Assembly (NCBI GenBank): GCA_035524195.1
Contig: DATKPJ010000048.1
Location: forward strand, 29,919 to 93,918
Direction of reading: 5' to 3'
Source of the DNA: Terracidiphilus sp.
GTDB lineage: Bacteria; Acidobacteriota; Terriglobia; Terriglobales; Acidobacteriaceae
DNA length: 64,000 nucleotides
Notes under the pieces: generated by a model
The model's input: only the letters and a program-made list of their open reading frames with translations
What the model was told of the DNA's origin: nothing
Database searches by the model: none
Position numbers and translations under genes: made by a program
Part shown: positions 9,903-19,974 of the stretch, one piece after another
How the letters are laid out: every line of letters begins with the position of its first letter
Position numbering within the stretch: the stretch's first letter is position 1

Positions 9903-10822
9903 TGAGCGCATTGTTGAGCAAGACGAAATCTGGCATGCAGCATAGCGGTCGTCCGCCTGCAGCAGTGGAGCTTGGGCCGGAGGGTGTTCTGGCGTCGGCG
10001 CTGCCGGGAAAGAACGATCCGCCCGTGTTTGCATTCGGGGCGTTGCGTGCCGGCGCGTTGATCCCGGGGATCGCCGAACCAAATCTGCGCGAACCGGGGA
10101 TGGTCTTGGAGGCAGTCCGTTCGGCGCTGACCGATGTTTCTCCACGTACGCGATCGGTAACGCTGGTGGTTCCGGATACATCGGTGCGGGTGTTCGTGCT
10201 GGATTTTGATTCCCTGCCCGCGCAGGCAAACGAAGTGGTTCCCGTACTGCGATTCCGGCTGCGCAAGATGGTTCCATTCGACGCCGAACATGCGGGAGTG
10301 AGCTACCAGATTCTGTCGCAGAACAAGAGCGAGTGCCGCGTGCTGACCGCGGTGATACCGGCCGCCATACTCCAGGAGTATGAAGAGGCGGTGCGATCGG
10401 CGGGCTACGAGCCGGGTGTGGTGATGCCTTCGAGCCTGGCGGCGCTGGCGGCGATTGACTCAGAGGAAGCGGTGCTCACCGCATGCCTAAGCCATGTGTC
10501 GCTGACGACGTCCATTACACGAGGCGACGATCTACTGTTGTATCGCACGCTCGAATTGCCCGTTGACCGATCTCAGCGTCTCCAGGAAGTGCAACGCGAT
10601 ATTGCGGTGGCAGCGGCTTATTTTGAAGACCGGCTTGCGACGCGACCCGGCAAGATCCGATATGGCGGCATTGGCGCAGCGCAGGATTTTGCGCGCTGGA
10701 TCAGTAATCCGGAGCTCGAGGTGGTTGATCTCGCGGCCAAGCCGGTGCGCGGGGCGGCAACCTCAATGGGCAATACGAGCGTGGCTGCAATATGCGGCGC
10801 TCTGGCAGGGGCGCGATCGTGA
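9902..10822 (+). CDS. PilM-like cytoplasmic alignment protein
   Basis: Position after pilB; actin-like PilM features (VPFDAEHAGVSYQ, YEEAVRSAGYEP); overlaps neighbouring genes. Confidence 0.75.
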   Translation: MSALLSKTKSGMQHSGRPPAAVELGPEGVLASALPGKNDPPVFAFGALRAGALIPGIAEPNLREPGMVLEAVRSALTDVSPRTRSVTLVVPDTSVRVFVLDFDSLPAQANEVVPVLRFRLRKMVPFDAEHAGVSYQILSQNKSECRVLTAVIPAAILQEYEEAVRSAGYEPGVVMPSSLAALAAIDSEEAVLTACLSHVSLTTSITRGDDLLLYRTLELPVDRSQRLQEVQRDIAVAAAYFEDRLATRPGKIRYGGIGAAQDFARWISNPELEVVDLAAKPVRGAATSMGNTSVAAICGALAGARS

Positions 10823-11586
10823 GAATCGGAATCAATCTTGCTTCCCGCCCCTTTGCCGACATCGCTCCGGCACTGAAGAGGCTGCGGATCGCCATGGGCG
10901 TGTTGGCGGTGATCGCGATCGGCCTGGGGATCGGGTTGCACCTGATTCATGAGAGCGCCGATCGAGCACGGCTGCGCGATCACTCTCTGGATGGTCAGAT
11001 TGCCACGGCCAACCACGAACGCCAGGGCTACATGGCCATGATGCGACAGCCGGACAATGCCGCAGTGCTGGCACAGGCTGAGGCGCTGAACAAGCTGTTC
11101 GACGAGAAAGCCTTCTCGTGGACGCTGGCGATGGAGGACCTGGAAACCGTGCTGCCCGGCGGCGTGCAGGTGACCAGCATTGAGCCAACACGCGACAAGG
11201 ATGGCCACATCAGCCTGCACCTTCGGGTATTGGGACCGCGCGACAGGGCTATTGGACTGGTTGCCAATCTCGAACATTCGAAACGATTCCTGCATCCGCA
11301 GATCGTGGGTGAGAACGCCGAGACAAGCGGTGGACCGGGCCAGCAACTTGAGCCGGTGAGCGCATCGAACCGCGTGAATTTCGATGTCGTGGCCGAATAC
11401 AATCCAGCCCCGCCGAGCGAGCTGAAAGCGCAGAAGGCGAAGGCTGTGGAGAGCGAACATGCGCCGCAGCACGGTGAACCGAAAGGCAGCGGCGTTCCCC
11501 TTAGACCGGGCGAGCACAGGATGCCCTACACGGGAACGGACCAGCCGCGAGAGTCGCGGCAACCGCGCACGGGAGGGCCGCGATGA
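10819..11586 (+). CDS. PilN-like protein
   Basis: N-terminal INLA motif followed by TM; coiled coil; SWTLAMEDLETVLPGGVQVTSI; GTGA overlap with the pilM-like stop. Confidence 0.8.
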   Translation: MRIGINLASRPFADIAPALKRLRIAMGVLAVIAIGLGIGLHLIHESADRARLRDHSLDGQIATANHERQGYMAMMRQPDNAAVLAQAEALNKLFDEKAFSWTLAMEDLETVLPGGVQVTSIEPTRDKDGHISLHLRVLGPRDRAIGLVANLEHSKRFLHPQIVGENAETSGGPGQQLEPVSASNRVNFDVVAEYNPAPPSELKAQKAKAVESEHAPQHGEPKGSGVPLRPGEHRMPYTGTDQPRESRQPRTGGPR

Positions 11587-12212
11587 GTACTGGAACTCCG
11601 AGTGCGTGGCGCGAGCGGCTGAACTCTCCGCTGACCTGGCACTATGCCGGGCTGGCTTTATTGGTCGTGACGGTAATCGTGCTGGCGGTGATGGTGGGGC
11701 TCGATTGGAGCGCAACTGACACCAGTTCGACCGACGCACTGGCCAACAAGCAACTGGAACTGAAGGCACTGACCATGGAGACAGTGCCCCTGCGGGGGCT
11801 GGATCAACGCGTTGCCCAGACGCGCGAGCAGATCAAAGCGTTTTATGACAGACGCATCCCGGCAAACTACTCCACAATCGCGACGCGGGTTGGCGACCTC
11901 GAGGTGAAGTCGGGCGTGCGGCTTTCGCGCCTGCAGTATGCGCAGGGCAAGACAGAGCATGGACTGACAGAAATCAACATGGACGCCGGGATCAGCGGCG
12001 AGTACCCGCAGATCATGCATTTTGTGAACTCGCTGGAGCGGGACCCGACATTTTTCGTGATCCGGACGATGACGCTGACCGGCCAGCAGGGCGGAATGGT
12101 AAATCTGCGTCTGCGCGTCTCCACCTGGCTGCGGCCGGGCGATGTACCGAGTGGAATGCCGAAGACAGAGGATCAACCGGCAAGTGCCGCTCCGGAAACG
12201 GAGGGCGAGTAG
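11583..12212 (+). CDS. PilO/GspM-like protein
   Basis: Single TM, coiled coil, [16 protein letters not shown] typical of PilO; ATGA overlap. Confidence 0.78.
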   Translation: MSTGTPSAWRERLNSPLTWHYAGLALLVVTVIVLAVMVGLDWSATDTSSTDALANKQLELKALTMETVPLRGLDQRVAQTREQIKAFYDRRIPANYSTIATRVGDLEVKSGVRLSRLQYAQGKTEHGLTEINMDAGISGEYPQIMHFVNSLERDPTFFVIRTMTLTGQQGGMVNLRLRVSTWLRPGDVPSGMPKTEDQPASAAPETEGE

Positions 12213-12214
12213 GG

Positions 12215-12802
12215 ATGGCGATGCAGCTCGGAACCAATAACAAACGCCAGGTCTACCTGCTGCTCGGGCTGGTCGGGGTACTCCTGCTGGTGGGCGGTTA
12301 CGAGTTGTACAGCACGCTTGCCGGGCCATCCATTCCGGCTAGACCGGTGCAGCGCACCGCGGCGGTTGCTCGCCCCAATGGAGGCGAAGGGCCGGACGCC
12401 GAGAAATTGTCGAATGCAGATATCGACCCAGCGCTGCATTTTGAGAAACTGGCCCAGAGCGAAGATGTGGTCTACGCCGGGACAGGGAGAAATATTTTTT
12501 CAGCAGACTCCGCGCCGGTGAAGATTGAGACGCCGGTAAAAAGTGCGCGGGAAACGCCGGCGGTTTTTGTACCCCAGGGACCTCCTCAGCCGCCGGCGAT
12601 CGACCTGAAGTATTTCGGCTACAGCGAAACGGAGAACAAGGCGCTGAAGGCATTTCTAATACATGACGACGACGTGTTCATCGCGCGCCCGGGCGACATT
12701 GTCGATCATCGCTACAAGGTGGTTGCCGTCATGCCGACGAACGTGCGGATTACGGATCTGAGTTATAACAACACGCAAACCGTACCTCTTTCGTCCAATT
12801 AG
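12215..12802 (+). CDS. Hypothetical protein, PilP/GspC-like position and fold
   Basis: N-terminal TM, GRNIF motif, Pro-rich linker, LKYFG...[18 protein letters not shown] resembling the PilP beta domain. Confidence 0.6.
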   Translation: MAMQLGTNNKRQVYLLLGLVGVLLLVGGYELYSTLAGPSIPARPVQRTAAVARPNGGEGPDAEKLSNADIDPALHFEKLAQSEDVVYAGTGRNIFSADSAPVKIETPVKSARETPAVFVPQGPPQPPAIDLKYFGYSETENKALKAFLIHDDDVFIARPGDIVDHRYKVVAVMPTNVRITDLSYNNTQTVPLSSN

Positions 12803-12851
12803 AGAGGCCGGCAGATATTAGAAATCAGGGGCCGGAGATCGTCGCAGCAGC

Positions 12852-13760
12852 ATGAAAAGAGTCATTCAAAACGTGAAGACGTCCGAGCAGGGTTATCTGT
12901 TGCTCGCGGTCATCTTCATGCTGTTCCTGCTGATGCTGTCATTGTCGATTGCCATGCCGAAGGTGCGCGAAGACATTCAGCGCGACCGTGACCTGGAGAC
13001 CATGCAGCGGGGTAAGCAGTACAGACGGGCGATCCAGCTCTACTTCAGGAAATTCCAGACTTATCCGCCCAGCGTAGACGCTCTGGTGAAGACCAACGAG
13101 ATTCGTTTTTTGCGCAAGAGATATATTGATCCGACGACCGGCAAGGACGACTGGAAGCCGATTCTGTTCGGCCAGAACAAGACTCCGACGGCAATGGGAT
13201 TCTTTGGCCAGCCGCTGGCGGGAACGGCCGTGGCCGGCACTGGACCGAGCGGAGGCAACGGGCTGAACGGTACTTCCCCGACCGCTGGAGGCGGAATCTT
13301 CGGAAACTCGTCAAGCGGCAGCAATTCATCGGGCAGCGGTTCGATATTCGGCAACAACTCCAGTCCAGGGAGTATCACTACGACAAACGGCGCCAGCGGA
13401 ACTTCGGGGACGGGATCATCCGGGGGTGGATCAGATAACGCAACGGATAGCGGAACGGGATCGAATAATGGCCAGACTTTTGGCGGAGCCGGGATCATTG
13501 GTTTTTCGCCGGCGAGTTCGAAGCAGTCCATCTTGGTGTTCAAGAAGAAGAACCATTACAACGAATGGGAGTTCACCTACAATCCGCTGGCGGATACGTC
13601 GATGCGGAATGGCAATGGCGGCCTGACTCCCACCGCGGGGGGCAGTCTGAATCCCCTTGGGACAAATTCAGGAACGAATGATTCGAACGGCAGCGGATTC
13701 AGCCTGGGAGGAGGCACAACTCCCACAACCCCGACGACGCCGACAACGCCTCAGCAATAA
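12852..13760 (+). CDS. Pseudopilin-like (GspK/PilX-type) protein with Gly/Ser/Asn/Thr-rich inserts
   Basis: Prepilin-like site EQG|YLLLAV lacking Glu5; YPPSVDALV...FLRKRYIDP; low-complexity middle and PTT-repeat tail. Confidence 0.7.
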   Translation: MKRVIQNVKTSEQGYLLLAVIFMLFLLMLSLSIAMPKVREDIQRDRDLETMQRGKQYRRAIQLYFRKFQTYPPSVDALVKTNEIRFLRKRYIDPTTGKDDWKPILFGQNKTPTAMGFFGQPLAGTAVAGTGPSGGNGLNGTSPTAGGGIFGNSSSGSNSSGSGSIFGNNSSPGSITTTNGASGTSGTGSSGGGSDNATDSGTGSNNGQTFGGAGIIGFSPASSKQSILVFKKKNHYNEWEFTYNPLADTSMRNGNGGLTPTAGGSLNPLGTNSGTNDSNGSGFSLGGGTTPTTPTTPTTPQQ

Positions 13761-13791
13761 TCAGATCGAATCGGGTGATTCCAGATGCAGC

Positions 13792-13817
13792 AAGGCCCGT
13801 CATCGCGGACGGGCCTT
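13792..13817. terminator. Probable bidirectional terminator hairpin
   Basis: AAGGCCCGTC-atcgcg-GACGGGCCTT between convergent genes. Confidence 0.65.
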
Positions 13818-13856
13818 TCGCTCCAAGCTGAGACGAAGCTCAAACGCTGGGGGGCC

Positions 13857-14225
13857 TTAGACGTTGAACGAGGAACCGCATCCGCAGGTCGACTTTACCT
13901 GCGGGTTGTCGAACTTGAAGCCGGCGGCCTCAAGGGTTTCGACGTAATCGACGGTGCAGCCGTTCAGATACATGAGCGAGGTGGCATCAACAAATACTTT
14001 CAGGTCATCGAAATTAAAGACCTTATCCATCATGCCGCCCTGGTTCTCAAAGGCCATCGAGTATTGAAAGCCAGAGCAGCCGCCACCCACTACGCCGATG
14101 CGCAGTCCAGCAGGAATCGGATCCTGCGTGGCCATGATCTCGCGGACCTTGGCGACTGCCTGAGGGGTCAGGGTAAGAGGCGTTTTCTTTTCTGTTTCCT
14201 GCGGTATGGCTGTGACTGTTGACAT
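13857..14225 (-). CDS. HesB/IscA/ErpA family A-type Fe-S carrier
   Basis: GGGCSGFQY and C-terminal CGCGSSF. Confidence 0.95.
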   Translation of the reverse strand: MSTVTAIPQETEKKTPLTLTPQAVAKVREIMATQDPIPAGLRIGVVGGGCSGFQYSMAFENQGGMMDKVFNFDDLKVFVDATSLMYLNGCTVDYVETLEAAGFKFDNPQVKSTCGCGSSFNV

Positions 14226-14556
14226 GAATTCTCCCAGACGTTGGATTGCTTTGTCTTAATCGTAACTTTACTGCCCCTTCCCACCAGTTTCAAGGCTAAA
14301 GGGGAACTTTCGTTCCATTGGATGCAACGAGGGTGAGGAAAGTCGCATTCATTAGAAATGGCCAAGAGTTGATGCAGAGAAGCGGTCCTAGCAAGCTAAG
14401 TTCCATGGGCTGAAAGAGCTGTGATTTTTGTCACCACGGCAGCAGTGATTCAGAGCTATGATGGTTTGCCGTAAGGGGCCCACAGCCCACGAGACCACTG
14501 TATTCATGCGTGTCCCGCCGGCATGTGAGGTTCGTAAGTTCGCCGGAGGTGAAGGT

Positions 14557-14829
14557 ATGACAATTGTTCCCGTGATGTGGTCCGTCTGGGGACTCCTGGT
14601 AGTTCTGACGGCTGCGCTGTATCTGTACCGGTCCAGTCTGGAGAAGGACGAAGAGGATCAGATCTTTCTCGATGATTCCTTTGAACATGAGAAGACCGCG
14701 CAGGCGGCAATCGTCGCCAAGGTCAATAAGATTCAGCCTTTGCTGCGAGTCGCGATGTGGCTTGTGGCGGTTGCGTCGCTGTTTGTAGTCGCGTACTACT
14801 GCTTCGACATTTACAACCAGTTCAAGTAA
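14557..14829 (+). CDS. Small two-TM hypothetical membrane protein
   Basis: GGAGGT RBS before ATG 14557; two hydrophobic helices around acidic EEDQIFLDD. Confidence 0.7.
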   Translation: MTIVPVMWSVWGLLVVLTAALYLYRSSLEKDEEDQIFLDDSFEHEKTAQAAIVAKVNKIQPLLRVAMWLVAVASLFVVAYYCFDIYNQFK

Positions 14830-14853
14830 AACGCTACCTTTGTTGCCTATGCG

Positions 14854-14883
14854 ATGGGCGGCGGTCGCACGGTCGCCGCCCGT
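14854..14883. terminator. GC-rich hairpin between convergent genes
   Basis: ATGGGCGGCGGTCG...GGTCGCCGCCCGT inverted repeat. Confidence 0.55.
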
Positions 14884-14906
14884 TTGCTAAGCCACCCGTA
14901 CCAGTC

Positions 14907-16127
14907 TTATTCCACTTCCTCGCGTGCTCGATAACCGTCGCGGGTGATGATTTCATATTTGAGTTGTTTGTGCTTCTCGTCCTGCATGCGCAGCGGGTGC
15001 CCCTCGTCGTCTACGAGTTCGACGCGCAGCTTGCGATAGGTGCCGTCCAGCTTGGCGTCGGTGGGGTGGTAAACAAGCTCGTATTTTGAGCGGATTGCCT
15101 GGTTGATGGCTCCGAAGTCGTCGGGCAGTTCTCCTTCAAACCTGGGGTTGAACCACATGCCACCGGTCATCTTGGCAAAGGTCTTCATCTGGTTATCAGC
15201 CTGCAGATAGTCCAGATCCCTCAACTGCTGATTGAAGCCGGGACCACCTTCGGTCATGGCGCGTACCCAGCCGCCGGTGGAGATGGCGAAGATGGTAACG
15301 TCGGGCGTGTTCTTGATCTTTTGCAGGATCTTGTCGAGGGTGATTCTCGACATCGTGTCGCGGCCCGATGCGATCAGGATGATGTACTTGTGGCCCGGAA
15401 TTCGACTTAGGCGGTCCTCAGCTTCATAGAGCGCGTCAAAAAGGTTGCGTTCGCTGAAGCCGGGAATCACGAGCTGTTGAATGGCATTCAGAAGCTGGCG
15501 TTTATCCTGCGTGAAGTCGAGGTCGACCTGGGTGCGCAGGTCGAAGGTCATCAGTGCGATGTAATCCTGCGGCCGCAACTGCTGCGCAAAGGCCCATGCG
15601 GCATTCTGCATGTCATACACGAAGTAGTAGTTGGTGGAAGCGAACTCACACAGCATGAGGGCCGTGATGGGAGCCTCAACCCGCTTGAAGCCAATGACCT
15701 TCTGCTCGACGCCGTTCTCGTATACGCGGAAGTTCTCGGGTTTCAGGCCGGGAACGAATTGTCCTGTCTTTTCGAGCAGCACTCCGACGTCCACCACCAC
15801 TTCGGGAACGTTCACCTGGATCGAATAGTTGGGCGCTCCTTCAGGATTTTTGAATTTCGGCGCTGCGGGGGCAGGCGCAGGCGTGTTATCGGGATTCTCC
15901 TTCTTCTTCGGCAGCGCGATGGATCCCGAATCCGCACCGGGCCCGCCGGCGCCTGGAACAGTCTGATCCTGTTGTTGCTGCGGTGAGGGCGGCGGAGTTG
16001 GCTGCTGCTGTTGAGACTGGCTCTGGGCCGAGTTGAGCGGCGTGCTGGCCAGAGCTGCCAACGCAACCAGGCAGAGTGCGGCAGGCCAGCGACGGAGAGC
16101 AAGTCGTGAACGACAAAATATCGACAT
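14907..16127 (-). CDS. Exported VWA-domain protein (acidobacterial VWFA-related type)
   Basis: Signal peptide, Q/P-rich linker, GQFVPGLKPENFRVYENGVEQ, TGG, YELVYHPT...DGTYRKLRVEL; GAGGA RBS. Confidence 0.88.
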   Translation of the reverse strand: MSIFCRSRLALRRWPAALCLVALAALASTPLNSAQSQSQQQQPTPPPSPQQQQDQTVPGAGGPGADSGSIALPKKKENPDNTPAPAPAAPKFKNPEGAPNYSIQVNVPEVVVDVGVLLEKTGQFVPGLKPENFRVYENGVEQKVIGFKRVEAPITALMLCEFASTNYYFVYDMQNAAWAFAQQLRPQDYIALMTFDLRTQVDLDFTQDKRQLLNAIQQLVIPGFSERNLFDALYEAEDRLSRIPGHKYIILIASGRDTMSRITLDKILQKIKNTPDVTIFAISTGGWVRAMTEGGPGFNQQLRDLDYLQADNQMKTFAKMTGGMWFNPRFEGELPDDFGAINQAIRSKYELVYHPTDAKLDGTYRKLRVELVDDEGHPLRMQDEKHKQLKYEIITRDGYRAREEVE

Positions 16128-16296
16128 AGTTTCCTCGGTTCTGGAGACAGGATACGGGATGAGCCGCAATCAACGGCAATTGGCAATGGCCTTCTGCCGC
16201 TACGAACACCATCTCGGAACGTCAAAGTCCCCAGAGGTTTCCGGTTGGAACTCCTGCTTCCGGAGCATCGTCCCCTACCGGTTTAATCTTATAGAC

Positions 16297-18192
16297 GTGA
16301 GACAGCGCCTGAAGGAAACCGCACGATCCGCGTTCGCTTTGGCCATGGCAATTGGCTTGAATCTGCTGGCGATCCAATTGCCGGCTCAACAGGGAGCCAT
16401 GCCCGGCAGTTCTCCGCTCAGCGAGCCGGCTCCCGCCGGTGGCTATCCCGCTCCGCCGCCGTCCAGTGGCGGATTCTATCCCCTGAGCCAGGTACATCGC
16501 GGATTGATGGCGACTGCCTGGACCGTATTCCAGGGTTCAAGGCCGGAGCCGATGCAGGTGGAGATTCTGGGCATATTGCACAATGCACGTGGGCCCGGTC
16601 ACGACATGATCCTGGCGCAGTTGCTGGGGGCCAAACCGGAATATACGGGAGTGGTGGCCGGAATGAGCGGGAGTCCCGTATACATCGGCAGCAAGCTCCT
16701 AGGATCACTTTCGTATCGCATCGGCCAGTTCAGCAAGGAGCCGATCGCTGGGATCACACCCATTGAACAGATGATGGAGGTGCGCGATCTGCCCATCAGG
16801 ACCGCGCCGGTATTGGATGCTGACGATTCGAGACAGAAGGCTGGCCAGGAAGTAGCCGATGGAATGACGTTTCAGGCGATGGAAACGCCGCTCGTGATGA
16901 GCGGATTCCGGCCAGAAGCGATTCGCTGGTGGCAGCAGAAGATGGCGGGAACCGGGCTGGATATGGTGGCGGCCGGCGGCACGGGATCCTCGTCCGCACA
17001 AAAGGACAATGCGGACCCGGATGCTCCATCGGCAAATGCAATCGCATCGGTGGTGCCGGGCTCAGCGGTGAGCGCGCAGCTGATCCGGGGTGACATTGAA
17101 ATATCGGCCACATGCACGGTGACCTACGTAGATCCGAAGCAATTGCTGGCATGCGGCCATCCAATTCTGCAAGCAGGGCCCGTCTCGCTGCCCATGACTA
17201 CCGCCGATGTCGTGGAGACGCTTGCATCTCCGTTGAACGCTTTCAAGATCATCAACACTGGACAAACCATCGGCGCGTTTACGCAGGATCGCGATGCTGC
17301 AATCCGCGGCGTGCTGGGGGCGAGAGCGCACATGATCCCGGTTCATGTTGCCATCCACGAAGGAGACACCGAGCGAAGGCTCAATTTTGAAATGCTGGAC
17401 CTGCCGTCTTTGACGCCGCAGGCATTGATGGTGGCCCTCTACAACGGATTGCTTGAATCGAATGAAAGCACGGCCGACACGAGCTACCACTTGACGGGAC
17501 ATATCGATCTGGAGGGGTATCCTCCCTCGCCGCTCGATCTGTGGGCTCCCGGAGGCGCCTCGCCGCCGCAACTGACGGCGGCGCTGCTGACCGGCGAGCG
17601 ATTTGCGATGCTCTATTCGAATGGGACCCGCCAGGGCGATGTGAAGTCAATTGATCTGCGCATTGACGCCGTTCCGCGCAACATGCAGGTGGAACTGGAG
17701 TCGGCGCGGATTGTCTCCGGCGACATTGTGCACCCGGGCGACACCGTGGTGGTTGAAGCCACATTGCGGCCATGGCAACAGGCCGCGCACAACGTACGAA
17801 TTCCAATCAGGGTTCCCGTAGGAATCGATGCCGGGAATCTGCGCCTTCTCGTTTCAGACTCGGGGACGCTGGACCGAGCCCTGTTTCAGCCGCGTCTTTC
17901 AGCCCGGGCTGTGGGGCTCGATACCATACTTGCGGAGGCCCGCCATCTGCACCCCTCCGACCGCGTGTATGTGAGCCTGCTGGCTCCTGAGGCCCAGGCC
18001 GAGGTGCAAGGACAGGCACTGCCCGACTTGCCTCTTTCTGTTGCGAATGCGATGGAGCCGCTGAAGAATACACAGGACGCGAACCTGAACGGGGAGTCTG
18101 CAGTGTTGAGTGGCGAAGCGCCTGCAGGCGGACCGCTTTCGGGATTTCAAATTCTCAATCTGCACGTTGACGCCGGAGGCGGGTTAAACTGA
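16297..18192 (+). CDS. SpoIVB-like peptidase S55 domain protein, exported (start uncertain)
   Basis: GVVAGMSGSPVYI (Ser motif) and CTVTYVD...LACGHP (His motif); signal-like N-terminus from GTG 16297. Confidence 0.85.
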   Translation: MRQRLKETARSAFALAMAIGLNLLAIQLPAQQGAMPGSSPLSEPAPAGGYPAPPPSSGGFYPLSQVHRGLMATAWTVFQGSRPEPMQVEILGILHNARGPGHDMILAQLLGAKPEYTGVVAGMSGSPVYIGSKLLGSLSYRIGQFSKEPIAGITPIEQMMEVRDLPIRTAPVLDADDSRQKAGQEVADGMTFQAMETPLVMSGFRPEAIRWWQQKMAGTGLDMVAAGGTGSSSAQKDNADPDAPSANAIASVVPGSAVSAQLIRGDIEISATCTVTYVDPKQLLACGHPILQAGPVSLPMTTADVVETLASPLNAFKIINTGQTIGAFTQDRDAAIRGVLGARAHMIPVHVAIHEGDTERRLNFEMLDLPSLTPQALMVALYNGLLESNESTADTSYHLTGHIDLEGYPPSPLDLWAPGGASPPQLTAALLTGERFAMLYSNGTRQGDVKSIDLRIDAVPRNMQVELESARIVSGDIVHPGDTVVVEATLRPWQQAAHNVRIPIRVPVGIDAGNLRLLVSDSGTLDRALFQPRLSARAVGLDTILAEARHLHPSDRVYVSLLAPEAQAEVQGQALPDLPLSVANAMEPLKNTQDANLNGESAVLSGEAPAGGPLSGFQILNLHVDAGGGLN

Positions 18193-18294
18193 TCGTGGCG
18201 CAGCCAGCTGATGGCAGCGGCTTTCGGGGCCCGCACACATGCGTTCAAAGAGCAGCGAACCGTTTAGCCACTCGACGAGGACTTCAGAACGACA

Positions 18295-19302
18295 ATGAGT
18301 CAAATTCAGGGACTTGCAGCTCATGCGGCGGGAGCCGAGCTTCTGCCTTTTCGCTACGATCCGGGTCAATTGGGCTCGATGGAAGTGGAGATCGGCGTTT
18401 CCCATTGCGGCATTTGCCATAGCGACGTTCATCTTATTCTTAACGATTGGGGCATCAGCCAATATCCATTTATCCCCGGGCACGAAATTATTGGAACAGT
18501 AGTAGCGGCCGGCCCTGAAGTGAGTTCGCTGAGAATTGGCCAGCGTGTCGGCCTCGGGTGGCAGGCTGACTCCTGCGGACAATGCGAGTGGTGCATCAGG
18601 GGCATGGAGAATCTTTGCCCGTCTTCGGTGGCTACGTGTGTCCATCGCCATGGCGGCTATGCGGATCGCGTCCGTGCGAATGCGCGCTTCGTCGTTCCGA
18701 TTCCAGATGCCCTTGGCAGTGCGCAGGCAGCGCCGCTGCTATGCGGCGGCATCACTGTCTACAACCCCATGCGGACGCACGGCATAAACCCGTCTTCGCG
18801 CGTCGGCATTGTAGGCATCGGCGGCCTGGGACACCTGGCCATTCAGTTTGCTCGCGTATTCGGTGCTGAAGTGACAGCATTTTCGACCTCGACTGCAAAG
18901 GAAGCGGAAGCCCGGGCGCTCGGGGCACATCACTTTGTGAACACGCTCGAATCAAAGGCCATGAAAGAGATGGCGGGCACGCAGGATTTCATCCTCACAA
19001 CGGTCAATGCGGATCAGGAATGGGGCATGTATCTTCACGCATTGAGACCCACTGGAACGCTCTGCTTTGTGGGCGTTCCGCCATCGCCGGTCTCGGTGAA
19101 CGCGTTTCCATTAATCTCCGGAATGCGCTCGATCAGCGGTAATCCCACGGGAAGCCCGCATCAGCTCCGCGAGATGCTGGATGTTGCGGCGCGTCACGGT
19201 GTCAAGGCGCAAACCGAGACCTTTCCCATGGCGAAAGCGAACGAGGCCATTGAGCGGGTGAAGAAGAATCGAGTACGCTACCGGGTCGTGCTTGTGAACT
19301 AG
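18295..19302 (+). CDS. ahr: Zn-dependent NAD(P)H aldehyde reductase / alcohol dehydrogenase (Ahr/CAD-like)
   Basis: CGICHSD, GHEIIG, CGQCEWC...NLC, APLLCGGITVY, GIGGLGH. Confidence 0.88.
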   Translation: MSQIQGLAAHAAGAELLPFRYDPGQLGSMEVEIGVSHCGICHSDVHLILNDWGISQYPFIPGHEIIGTVVAAGPEVSSLRIGQRVGLGWQADSCGQCEWCIRGMENLCPSSVATCVHRHGGYADRVRANARFVVPIPDALGSAQAAPLLCGGITVYNPMRTHGINPSSRVGIVGIGGLGHLAIQFARVFGAEVTAFSTSTAKEAEARALGAHHFVNTLESKAMKEMAGTQDFILTTVNADQEWGMYLHALRPTGTLCFVGVPPSPVSVNAFPLISGMRSISGNPTGSPHQLREMLDVAARHGVKAQTETFPMAKANEAIERVKKNRVRYRVVLVN

Positions 19303-19344
19303 AGTTCCGGCATCCGGTTCAGCGCTGCCTCGCCCTGATTTCCG

Positions 19345-19812
19345 TCAAAGCTGAAACGAGATGCCGTATCGCTCCGAAACATCGAGCAGTTGAGCCATAT
19401 CCCAGGGCATTGATAGCGTGGAGATCTCCTCGAAGTAGTTTTCCAGCCCAGCAGGGCAGATGAAGATGAGCATTCTGCCCTCGGTCGTCCCGACATTGCG
19501 GAACGTGTGAAAGGACCCGCGGATACCCCATACGGCCTCTCCGGTCTCAATCGTGCTCCACACCCCGTTCTGAAGAAATTCGTAAGTGCCTTCGAGCACG
19601 AAGAAGACCTCGTCCTCGTTCTGATGGGCATGGGGCGGTGGGCCGCCGCCGGGAGGCGAAGTCTGAATGATGGTCGCCGAATGGCCGCCGGTCATCTCGC
19701 CGGAAATCAAAACATCAATCGGCTCACCGAACACGGCAAAGCTGGTTGTGGGAGGCAAAAGCTCTCCTTTCGCGCGCAACAAATTGGGGAGGGACAGCCA
19801 AGGCAGCATCAT
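19345..19812 (-). CDS. Cupin domain protein (quercetinase-like)
   Basis: GGPPPHAHQNEDEVFFVLEG and HTFRN cupin motifs; start chosen at ATG 19812, just after TAAAAT. Confidence 0.85.
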   Translation of the reverse strand: MMLPWLSLPNLLRAKGELLPPTTSFAVFGEPIDVLISGEMTGGHSATIIQTSPPGGGPPPHAHQNEDEVFFVLEGTYEFLQNGVWSTIETGEAVWGIRGSFHTFRNVGTTEGRMLIFICPAGLENYFEEISTLSMPWDMAQLLDVSERYGISFQL

Positions 19813-19974
19813 AGCAAATTTTAGGTTTTGCTTAGGCCTTGTCAGCATCACTCGACGATGCCGTGAAGTGGCGCGGCACTCGTCAAGAGCGCGGAGTGCT
19901 GGGGCCGAACCGGCGGGGATGGGCATGCCGATCCCGCCTGATGGGAGAAACTCGATTTTGAAGTTGAAACCGTC

